Shown here one piece after another: positions 55,284 through 64,000 of a stretch of 64,000 nucleotides of DNA. This DNA comes from Paramoeba atlantica (Eukaryota; Protista; Discosea): NCBI GenBank assembly GCA_977017575.1, contig CDRNVI010000039.1, positions 372,001-436,000 of the forward strand, read 5' to 3'. Every line of letters begins with the position of its first letter. The stretch's first letter is position 1. The notes under the pieces were generated by a model. That model was not told the origin of the DNA. It ran no database searches and saw only the letters and a program-made list of their open reading frames with translations. A program made the translations under genes and the position numbers.

Positions 55284-55700
55284 GTGATTTTCATCCCTGT
55301 ATGTGATGAAACTTTTACGTATGAGGAACTCTATGTAGCACACAATCAGATTTCAAGAGGGAAAGCATCGGGGTCAGACGAGATACCTATAGAATCTTAC
55401 TCCACCCTGGTTGAGCATAGTGAACTGAACAAAGTAATGCTACAACTAATTTTTCTGACAGCGAATCAAATGAAGCATTCTAAGAAGACCTACATCGTGC
55501 TATGGAACTTGGCCCTAAAAACGAAAATCCGTACATTCTGGGAGACTTCAACGCACAGATAATTTTTTTTCTGCATTATTCACCTACAGTGGGCGAAAAA
55601 CAAGTGGGAGAAAGAACGACAGACAATGGAGAAAGGCTCCTTAGCTTCTGCCGTGCTTACAATATTATCCTCGTAAATACAAAATCGGAGACAGCTGAAT
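55284..55700 (+). pseudogene. Relic of an APE-type non-LTR retrotransposon (RTE/ingi-like)
   Basis: FTYEEL..A..Q...GKASGSDEIP.E (pre-RT motif) and ILGDFNAQ...DNGERLLSFC...I.LVNT (AP endonuclease motif), in different frames. Confidence 0.7.
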
Positions 55701-56835
55701 ATGAATACGCGGTAAAAGTTCCGGAATACAACTTTGCATTGGCTGACAATAGCCTCCAGAACACATGGATATCTCTTGAAAAAGAATTACAGAGTAGCCG
55801 CTAGTAACCGTTGCTATTTAACCACCAGAGCACAAAAAGCTTTTTACACAAAAAAAGCGTGCCGCTTCGCGGCGTGGGGCCGGTTCCGAAATTAACTACG
55901 CCTCCAATGGACGAAATCACTGCGATCGGCAGAATAGTGCCGCATTGGCGGTGGCCCCCCTTTTTTGAATACTTCACTGTAATTGAGTTCATAGCCTTTT
56001 GTTTATGAGAGGATCTTTTTAAGGTCTTAAAACTTTTTTTATGATCTCCATAAGGGATTTGTGGTTGTAATCAAGTTTTTTATCTCACGAGAGCACTAGG
56101 GGATCACTAGTAAGAGAAAATAGCAAAGGCCTTGCTAGAGGAACGAGATCTACACACAATGAAAGCACAATGAAAACAAGCCATAATGCGAGAGAAAATA
56201 TTTTGACAAAGCATAAAAAAACATAAAGAATGGAGAAAAGAATGGATATGTTCCATAAAAATGACCCCACAAAACCACGTGTTTTAGACCCAGGGGGTTC
56301 CTACAAAAAAAGGACAGCAAAGCTCTTCACCAGGGAAATGAGATCTATCCACTGCTGCAAAAATGAGAAAAAAACCGATAAAAAAACTCAAAATTCCGCG
56401 AGGGGAAAGATATCTTGAAACCACTGTATACAGGGGATGCAGCTAAATCTGGGGGGGTCTAAAATTCGTAGAACTTAGCCAATTTTAGAAAATAATAGCG
56501 CATTCGGGAGCTCCCTCGAACCCCTGTGGTGGAAAATACGTCGTTTCCAGCCGTTTTGAGTTTTATTTTTTTTTAAGGCGAAAATACGAAAAAAGAGCTT
56601 GAAAAAGGCCTTTGTTGCATTATTTTTGTAATTTTGGCATGTTATTTTACGTTTTTTCATTATCCGTGAATGAAAGATGAGTGCATTCACCAGGAAGTTT
56701 CTTAAAAGCAGGGGTCCCTAAAACTTTAAAAACTTAATTATAGTACTTTTATAGTACTATAAACTTTTAAATACTATATACAAAACCTTATGTACAAAAC
56801 CTGTATATAAAACCTTATTTTTTTTGTTCTCAGAA

Positions 56836-58716
56836 ATGCCAAATAAGCGACGGAACGACGAAAGCCAGGCGGAATTTGTTGCTTCACACTTTGTTAAAAT
56901 TGGTGATACGAACAATTTCGAATGCCAAGTCTGCGAAGTAGGCGCGAAAAGAACCTTTTTTTGCGAAAAGGGGATTCATGTCTCCTACTCTTCGGCACTC
57001 ACGCACTTGAAAAAAAGTCATAACCTAAATTTTGAGGAGTGGTTACAAAGCACTCAGCGCCAAAAACGTGTGGAACAAGGATCTTTGGATGCCTTCACCC
57101 TGAGACCACAATTACAGGAATTTGAGCGACTCCTCCTTTGGAAAAGCGATCATGGGGTTAGCAATGCTGCTTTGCAAGACCCAAACCTTAAGTGGCTTCT
57201 TACAAAGGGACTGCGCTGCGTCCCTGGGGAAAGTACGATTAACAACTTACTCATTGATCTGAAGGATAAGTTGCGGTTGGAAATCTGTGCTCACGTGTGT
57301 GGCAGTTTTGTTAGCATGGCTATGGACTCGGGTACGATTCATGGAAGAACTACGTCTGCCATATGCATTTTGCACGATGGGCAGGCTTTTACATGGAACG
57401 TAGTAGAAATGGTTGATGGCTGTACTGCAAGTGCATATAACGCGCTCCTTGGTACCGTAGTGTCCGAGCTGAAGCAAATGCATGTTACTGTGGTGCACAT
57501 CGTATCCGACGCTGGTTCTGCGATCAAAAAAGCCGTGCGGGAGTTTACGAAAGCAGGCAACATGATTGGGAGCATATGCGCGGCTCACGCATTGCAATTG
57601 GTAATGGAGCAAGTCTTGACTCTAGAAAAAAAAGATGATATCCTCGAATTAGCTTCTCGTTGTCTTACGTTTCGAGCTCCAGTACCCACTAGGTGGTGGT
57701 CCTCGCTAAATGAAGTGCAGCAAGCAATAAAATGTTCCAACTGGAATGATTACACCCAAAAAAGTATCTTGCAGGAGTGGGTCAAACGGTTTGAAATGTA
57801 CCAGGTCGTGGGTCGGCTGTTAGAAAGAAACGACTGTACTATTAGCGCTGCGCTCCGACTATGGTTAGCTCTCACAGCCAAAGCAGAAGAAGGTCACAAA
57901 GTTCACTTGAATGATCGTCTTATTCGCGTGATGTCGTCCGCGCATTTCCTTTGCGGAGTTCTGTCGCCTGCAGTGAAGTGGGGGACAATATCTACTTCGA
58001 TTAAAAAACGTCTTCGTGAGACTTGTGTGCCACTCGTTCTCTCGCTCAGTTCCGATATGCCAAGTGTGACGCACAGTAGTATTTGGTCCGAATTTAATAG
58101 TTGGTTCTTGGATAGTTGTTTATTGGATGAACGTGCTATGGTTCGCAGTGCTCAAGGAAAAAGTGCTTTCGCCGGATTTTGGGGGGACTCTGTTGTTGTG
58201 GACAAAGTGCCTCACCTGGCACATGCTGCTCAAAAGGTTGCTGTAGCATCCGCCTCTGAAGCTGCGTGTGAACGAGTTTTCAGTTCGACGTCTTTTATCC
58301 ATAGTGATCTGCGGGCTCGCCTGAAGCAAGACTTGGTTGAAGCAGAATCAGCCATACGATGTCGGGTTAAACCTACGATCGGTATATCGAAAGTCGAAAC
58401 CGGTGAAACTGGGGATAATACTGGCTGCCCGTTCTTTTCTCTTTTATTAAACGATTGTATGTCCTCAAGCGAAGTTGAACAGATCGAATCACTCTACGAC
58501 GCAGGAGACATGTGCGCCCACATGGCCTTGACAAATCGCCCATTTTGTGTACGTCATAACGGCACGACATATTACAATGCCAGAGTTGTTCGCTACGGCA
58601 ACAATCAATTAAAGGAAATAAAATGCACAGAAAGTCGATCTTCCAATTCGCGGCAGGTTTCTCTGGTAGTCGCATCCATTTATGGCAATTTCACCGTTGT
58701 TTCGTATCAGGAATGA
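56836..58716 (+). CDS. Intact hAT transposase
   Basis: BED finger (CQVC...HLKKSH), MAMDSG, VSDAG, CAAH, TRW, SEAACERVFS dimerisation motif; uninterrupted ORF. Confidence 0.92.
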   Translation: MPNKRRNDESQAEFVASHFVKIGDTNNFECQVCEVGAKRTFFCEKGIHVSYSSALTHLKKSHNLNFEEWLQSTQRQKRVEQGSLDAFTLRPQLQEFERLLLWKSDHGVSNAALQDPNLKWLLTKGLRCVPGESTINNLLIDLKDKLRLEICAHVCGSFVSMAMDSGTIHGRTTSAICILHDGQAFTWNVVEMVDGCTASAYNALLGTVVSELKQMHVTVVHIVSDAGSAIKKAVREFTKAGNMIGSICAAHALQLVMEQVLTLEKKDDILELASRCLTFRAPVPTRWWSSLNEVQQAIKCSNWNDYTQKSILQEWVKRFEMYQVVGRLLERNDCTISAALRLWLALTAKAEEGHKVHLNDRLIRVMSSAHFLCGVLSPAVKWGTISTSIKKRLRETCVPLVLSLSSDMPSVTHSSIWSEFNSWFLDSCLLDERAMVRSAQGKSAFAGFWGDSVVVDKVPHLAHAAQKVAVASASEAACERVFSSTSFIHSDLRARLKQDLVEAESAIRCRVKPTIGISKVETGETGDNTGCPFFSLLLNDCMSSSEVEQIESLYDAGDMCAHMALTNRPFCVRHNGTTYYNARVVRYGNNQLKEIKCTESRSSNSRQVSLVVASIYGNFTVVSYQE

Positions 58717-59108
58717 TCTTATGTTGAATTCGAAAGATGTTATTAGATTGGAAGATACGATTCATCATGGGCTTTTTTAAACGATACATACGTGGGTTTT
58801 TTCCGCCGGTTCTTCCCATTCGCCTTGTTTTTTCCCATTGTTAAATATGCATTGTATGTATATTTACATGTTTTGATTTCTTTCCACTTTTTATTGCGCG
58901 CTATTTTTTTTATAACGTATTGTCAAACGCATGCTAGACAGAAGCGCAAGTGCTTAATGTGTACTTGTCATAATCACCGCATTTATACACGGGGGGAGAA
59001 GAGTAGGAAAATAAATAAAGTTTTTCAAACACTTTAAAGTATTTATAGTACTATAAATGTCATTTATAGTACTATAATTTTTTTTTGAAATACTATAAAC
59101 TATATATA

Positions 59109-60029
59109 AACCGCCCACAGCGAATAAGTCACCCCCCTCTTTTTTTTGTACAACGAGGCTTAGGGGGGTTGCGGCACAACTTTTTCGTTCAAAATTTTGA
59201 GATCTGCACGTTCCCGCTGTTTTTAGACCTCTTCACAGATAAGAAATTTAAACTCATTTTTTTAATGACGTTTTTACATAGTCATGCCAATATTACCCGA
59301 AAAATCTCATGTTCCTCGACCAGGGGGGGAGAAGGGGGTCAACATGAAAATGGTGTCACAGATCTTCGCTAGGGGATCGAGATCTCTCGATTGCAACAAA
59401 AATGATCAAAAACAGATAACAAACATTCAATTTGTCACGTGGTGGAATATTTGTATTTGATTGGTGCTTTCTTGAAACGGTGATAAATCAACGTTTTTAA
59501 GCTGTCTCCTTTACTTTTTGCTTGAAGGGGCCTAAGGGGGTTAAAATATCATTTTCTCGTTCAATATTCTGAGATCTACACGTTCCCACCATTTTTAGAT
59601 CATTTTAGAAAATGAAAAAGAAAATTGCTTTTAGGATCTATTTTTTTGCATCGTCATACCACACTAATTTAAGAAAACAAACACTCCGCGGCCAGGGGGC
59701 ACAAGTGGGTCAATATTAAAAAATAGCGGCAAAGATCTTTGCTAGGAGAACGAGATCTCTCGTTCGCAACAAAAATCAGCAAAAATGGACAAAAATAATT
59801 GAATTTCTCATGGGAAGAGAAGATTTATTTTGTTAAAGTGTGAGAAATTGGTCTCTTGAAAAATGTGAAGAAAGTGATAATCCATCTATCGGATGCACGC
59901 ATTTGAGAGCCTTGGTTCCATGCTATAATGCGCAAAGTATGTTGGGAACATCAAAATGCAACAAGAATGAGCTCAAACGGACACTTGGCTGAAAAGTTAG
60001 AGGGGGGTGACTTTTCGCTGTGGGGGGTT
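59109..60029. mobile_element. Non-autonomous A-family Tc1 element A3 nested in the hAT right end
   Basis: TIRs AACC(G/C)CCCACAGCGAA(T/A)AAGTCACCCCCCT, TA TSD; left and right subterminal motifs as in A1 and A2; no transposase. Confidence 0.85.
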
Positions 60030-60389
60030 TACAAAGTTTTAGGGACCCCTGCTTTAAAGGCTCATTACCATTCATTAAGCAGATCAAAACCAGTGGTAGA
60101 GCGCTTCGTCTGGAAAGGTACGCCAACATAGGGTCTTATTCTGAGGTAGGCTTTGCAAAAAAGCTTGCAGTTGACTTTTTCGGCCTTTTATCCCCGTTAT
60201 GCAAGGTGTGGAAAACGACGCACTTTCCACCAGAGGGATTCGCGAGAGCTCTCGAATGCGCTATTATTTTCTAAAATTGAACAACATTTACAAATTTTAG
60301 ACCCCCCCCCAGATTTAGCTGCACCGCCCTTGCATTATTCTTAAATAGTGTCTTTCAATTCGACATAATGAAGCAAGAAATTCTGCTCA

Positions 60390-61100
60390 TTATCTACTCC
60401 GCTGTAGCGTCCATTTAAATATTCGCTGTCCACCTTCAAGTTGCACCATACGGCGACGGCCTTTGGACAATAAATTTTGCTCGACTTCCATACTTTGGAG
60501 CGCGTGGCCAATTCGCCCCTTCAATTCTAGACATTGGTTTAAACGCTCATAAGCATTTCTCTCGCCATTTGTAATTCTAGGTAGAATGTGCTCGACGGCT
60601 TTACAACTCTTTTTTGATGTTAGCGGGACCTCAGCGCTCTCGCTTTCCTCATCACCGTAATGGAATATGGTACGAGCTCCCGGTCGTTTGTCGAAAGAAC
60701 TTTCTGGTAGCTGTGACTCTAATTCGCGAATTTCTCCTGTAAGCACACTTCTACGATTTTCGAGATATCGAATGTCTTTGTTGTTTAGTGTCCGTTGCTG
60801 AATTCCATCTCGACGGATTTTTGCGTCTGTAATGTGCTTCCCACTAATCGGATCCGCTCGACCTCGAATCATTCCAAAGTCAAATTCTTCAGGATTTCTT
60901 TGCGCCGCTTTCTGACGTAATTCGCCTAGCTTTGATTCGCGTGAATGATAAACCTTTGCGCGCTGAGCGTAATCTCGATGTTTTTCAAGAGTGCCTAGGT
61001 GGCGGCGAGCACTGGGCTGTTGCCGTTCCTTGTGAGCCTTTAAGTTCAAGTGTTTTTTAAGGCCTCCAGCACCTGGATCTTTTCCGCGGCCCTTCGTCAT
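60390..61100 (-). CDS. UTP11: U3 snoRNA-associated protein Utp11
   Basis: HKERQQP..R..LG.LEKH.DY..RA..YH, RNPEEF.FGM, C-terminal FKW...R.R. Confidence 0.92.
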   Translation of the reverse strand: MTKGRGKDPGAGGLKKHLNLKAHKERQQPSARRHLGTLEKHRDYAQRAKVYHSRESKLGELRQKAAQRNPEEFDFGMIRGRADPISGKHITDAKIRRDGIQQRTLNNKDIRYLENRRSVLTGEIRELESQLPESSFDKRPGARTIFHYGDEESESAEVPLTSKKSCKAVEHILPRITNGERNAYERLNQCLELKGRIGHALQSMEVEQNLLSKGRRRMVQLEGGQRIFKWTLQRSR

Positions 61101-61869
61101 AAGTACAAAATCTTAAATAGAAATTTAAAAATATTCTATAATTTACGCGCTTATGTACCAAAAACAACTTTGCTGTATTAAAGGCCACCAGTACAAAGAC
61201 ACGCAACTCTGCGTTTGTCTAATGGGTTCTCTAGTTGTGATTTTCTGAATTTGAGGGTGTTTCTTTTCCCTGATCAATGCCCCTTAGAAAAGGGAACAGT
61301 AATACCCCATTTTCTCGGCGTAGTAAAAGATTCGTGAAGAATTTGTTTCATGCCAGGTGCATCCCTCTTATTATTAAAGGTTATTGGGATAAGTTATAGG
61401 GGTAGTTTCCATAATACGGTAATCTATCCGGCATACGGTATTTCACGGGCGTCGAATAGGCCTTACGAAGGAAGCCGGGTTCCATTATTAAAGTTATCAA
61501 AGTTAAAGAGTGTAAAATAAACTTTATGAAACCCTGAAACCACTCTCATCTAGGGCACTTTTGTGATTCCCACCTCTTATATGTGGCGTTTCATGTGGGC
61601 GGATGATATGCCCCCAGGCCAGGCCATTCCATCCAGAGATCATATTCGAATACTAAAATGCCATTCTTGATATAAAAGTAAATCTTAATATTAAACTAAC
61701 CTTAATATGGAGCTGACCCCCGGCTTGATTTTAAATTGATTCTTCTTCAAGAGCGCGAGAAAATAGATTTAAGGGGGGTGAAAAAGTGGAAATCATGCTC
61801 TCACTTACATTTATACGTGCTGTACATTTATACGTGTTTGAGACTTTTTGCTCCGTTCTTTAATGCGCG

Positions 61870-61970
61870 AAGTCTTTGTGCAAAAATATGGAAAATCAGC
61901 AACAAAGAATTTCTCAAACGGACGCTTCAGCGAAAAAAATATGGAGGGTCACTTTTCGTGAAAAAGGGTT
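61870..61970. mobile_element. Solo right end of an A-family element
   Basis: GCAACAAAGAATTTCTCAAACGGAC...GAGGGTCACTTTTCGTGAAAAAGGGTT|TA, similar to 7610-7693. Confidence 0.6.
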
Positions 61971-62054
61971 TATTACTTAAGAATGTAGAATCTACAGTAG
62001 TTTCAAAGCAAATTGCTTAAGGAAGTACTGAGCCTTTGTTATGATGTATGCCAA

Positions 62055-64000
62055 CTACCTAGCAAAAGCTATTTCTAAATCTAGGTGCATCAGCTCGTGT
62101 GATCCTCGTTCAATTGCTCTCCAGCATGCGTCATGAATCGCGTGGGAAATATCAGAAGGAGTCTTCAGATTGGTTTTCGCCATTGCGGCGATCAAAAAGT
62201 CGCGCAGATCGGTTTGAAGCATTTCGCACGGAATATATCTCAATAATCCTTCTGCAATACTCAACTTCTCTCTAGGGTTCGGAAAAGATATTTCGATGTG
62301 AACATCAAATCTTCCGGCACGAAGGGCAGCTGGATCCAAGCCTTCTTTACGATCGGTAGCGGCTATTACAACGAGAGAGCTGCAAGCTGCTTCGTTCATG
62401 GAAAGCAAGAACGTAGTAAGCATTCGATCAGTTGTTTCTGAACCCCCCGTGCCTCGCCTGGATGCTATGCGCTCAAAGTGATCTATGAGAAGAACACAGG
62501 GACTAAGGGCCGTTGCAGCGCGAAATAAATTTTGCAAATTTTTCTCAGACTCTCCAACGTATTTAGAAATAAGACTCGTAGCATCAACCACAATGGTATT
62601 TACTGCAAAAAAATGACTTTGGGCGAAAGACGCTTCATCCTTTCCGTGCTCCAAGTGATGAGTTAGCGTGGCCGCAACTGAGGACAGAAGAGCTGTTTTA
62701 CCAACACCCGATGGACCGTAGAGTAAAACACCTTTCGGTACTTCTACCTTTGTGTCGCTGCGGATTGATGTGCGACTCAGGGGAAACAAGATGATCTCCT
62801 GAATTCTGCTCCACGCCCCGCTATAATCTACGTATACTTGAGATTTTATAGACATGTGATTGTCTTTATTTAATACACACGCGTGAGCAATTTGTCGCAA
62901 ATTGGCAGGTACGTAATTCCTTGCGTAGCGAATTGCGTCCGTTGCAGTATCGTAACTGAGAAGACGTGCCAACTCACTTCGATTCCATGCATTCGTATAC
63001 GAGGTAACAAGAGAACTTTTAGTGTTCTCACAGCTTTTTATCAATGTAGTTTCGTCCACTATCCATGATGCTTCATGAAGAAATCCAAGATGCTGCAAAA
63101 AGCGATAATTGGATGCAAGCGACCCTGATTCCAATTGTATACAGAAAGACAACATGTACGGACTGCACAGTGAACGAGGAACATGGTGATGATCTCGTGC
63201 TATCCATAAAACAGATATCGGAGCACTTCGATGCACCACACTTTGTTCCTCTGCACCCAAAAAACTACTGAGCATAGCCATAAACAACCTCGCAGAAGGT
63301 GGGTACGTAATGTCATCTTTTGATGAGCCAACGTTCAGTGTCGTTAAGTATTCAGTGTCATCAAAAACAAGGAGACTGGGACGCATCCGTTGAGCAGTTG
63401 AAAAAAGCTTAACAATGCGACAGTGAGTTTTCTCAAGTTCATCACTAAGAAGAAGTGGCATTGAACAGTGTAACGTGTATACTGCATTATTGGCGGACAG
63501 AAAAGTATTTTTCGAGAGTTCCAGTTGTCCATTGTTCCACTTTAATTGCTGAACGTCGCTCTCATTCATTGCTGATAGAACCGCGGCTATATGTCTTGCA
63601 CAAAGAGTTTTGCCCACATTAGGAGGACCGAGTAGAACGATTCCACGTACGCAAGATTGCAAGGAATAAATTGATAAAAGCTTCTTAAGTAGCCGCCAAC
63701 CATTTCTGTCCTCTATAAAATCATAAGCTTCGTAAGAATTTTCGGTGTTATCCTCAAATGAGTGTAAGACCATTGAGCTCTTCTTTGACATGACAGAGAG
63801 AAATGGTGACAGCATCATTTCGGTATAATTATTTTCATATTTTGCCTTCTTTTCCTCAGATTTTACCTTCAGAACAACACCTATGCGAGAATTCAGCACA
63901 TTTAGCATAATTCCGTTTTGAATAGAATAATTACGATCCACTTTGGAATCTTTTGTCTGGGAAATATCAGAACCAATTCCAAAAATTTGAGTAGCTCGAA
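62055..64000 (-). CDS. PEX1-like tandem AAA+ ATPase (5' end outside the window)
   Basis: Walker A GPPNVGKT and GPSGVGKT; PSLLVFDD; SKYVGESEKN; PCVLLIDHFERIASRRG...TDR; DPAALRAGRFD. The frame stays open from 63941 to the window end. Confidence 0.7.
   Translation of the reverse strand, partial: RATQIFGIGSDISQTKDSKVDRNYSIQNGIMLNVLNSRIGVVLKVKSEEKKAKYENNYTEMMLSPFLSVMSKKSSMVLHSFEDNTENSYEAYDFIEDRNGWRLLKKLLSIYSLQSCVRGIVLLGPPNVGKTLCARHIAAVLSAMNESDVQQLKWNNGQLELSKNTFLSANNAVYTLHCSMPLLLSDELEKTHCRIVKLFSTAQRMRPSLLVFDDTEYLTTLNVGSSKDDITYPPSARLFMAMLSSFLGAEEQSVVHRSAPISVLWIARDHHHVPRSLCSPYMLSFCIQLESGSLASNYRFLQHLGFLHEASWIVDETTLIKSCENTKSSLVTSYTNAWNRSELARLLSYDTATDAIRYARNYVPANLRQIAHACVLNKDNHMSIKSQVYVDYSGAWSRIQEIILFPLSRTSIRSDTKVEVPKGVLLYGPSGVGKTALLSSVAATLTHHLEHGKDEASFAQSHFFAVNTIVVDATSLISKYVGESEKNLQNLFRAATALSPCVLLIDHFERIASRRGTGGSETTDRMLTTFLLSMNEAACSSLVVIAATDRKEGLDPAALRAGRFDVHIEISFPNPREKLSIAEGLLRYIPCEMLQTDLRDFLIAAMAKTNLKTPSDISHAIHDACWRAIERGSHELMHLDLEIAFAR

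Larger units (their letters stand above)
56431..60332 (+). mobile_element. hAT DNA transposon with long imperfect terminal inverted regions
   Basis: Ends CAGGGGATGCAGCTAAATCTGGGGG and CCCCAGATTTAGCTGCACCGCCCTTG. Inverted similarity continues over 56431-56770 versus 59040-59108 plus 60030-60332. The 8-bp flanks do not match. Confidence 0.75.

Noticed and set aside
58716-60332. Fanzor/TnpB or other cargo nuclease inside the hAT or Tc1 elements
   Set aside because: The non-transposase space has no ORF over 100 aa and no RuvC or zinc-finger motifs; it is explained by nested A3 and subterminal repeats.
586-63941. Genome-wide UGA reassignment (prompted by the MCM9 TGA and by TGA aligning with Leu in A1 at 7473 and C1 at 9042)
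   Set aside because: Host ORFs up to 1764 aa are open under the standard code, and TGA terminates the ORFs at 36393, 45284, 51283 and the hAT. The transposon TGAs are in otherwise decayed copies.
1-64000. Spliced-leader RNA gene, rRNA or telomeric repeats
   Set aside because: I saw no AACTAACG...TTTCTGTACT-like exon, rRNA signature or TTAGGG array in a by-eye scan.

Overview
Eukaryotic, intron-free, kinetoplastid-type DNA. All 19 supportable host CDSs lie on the minus strand, forming one directional polycistronic cluster, and several have polypyrimidine+AG trans-splice acceptors just before the ATG. FEN1 carries a trypanosomatid-like insert, and the two signal-peptide LRR proteins resemble the family expanded in Perkinsela, so a Perkinsela-like prokinetoplastid endosymbiont is my best guess (inference). 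Host genes: FEN1, 5-formyl-THF cyclo-ligase, condensin CAP-D2, a MYST acetyltransferase, MCM9, ABCE1/RLI1, mitoribosomal mS34, a DUF523 protein, a cationic amino-acid transporter, NOP2, UTP11, a PEX1-like AAA+ ATPase, two LRR proteins and five orphans. Roughly 25-27 kb (about 40% by rough interval sum) consists of nested transposon islands: Tc1/IS630 (DD35E and DD34E), pogo-like, Merlin/ISXO2, an intact hAT transposase, an APE-type LINE relic and several MITEs. The most unusual structures are: two sequence-unrelated repeat families sharing an asymmetric long-hairpin/short-hairpin, TSD-less (Helitron2/Helentron-like) architecture and joined exactly end-to-end; independent opposite-orientation Tc1 insertions at the same TA of one of these repeats; an in-frame UGA at codon 4 of MCM9; sharply bounded GC-rich patches inside FEN1 and the amino-acid transporter; and a tRNA-Met-like element with conserved loops but unpaired stems. 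All calls come from reading the sequence by eye; no searches were run.
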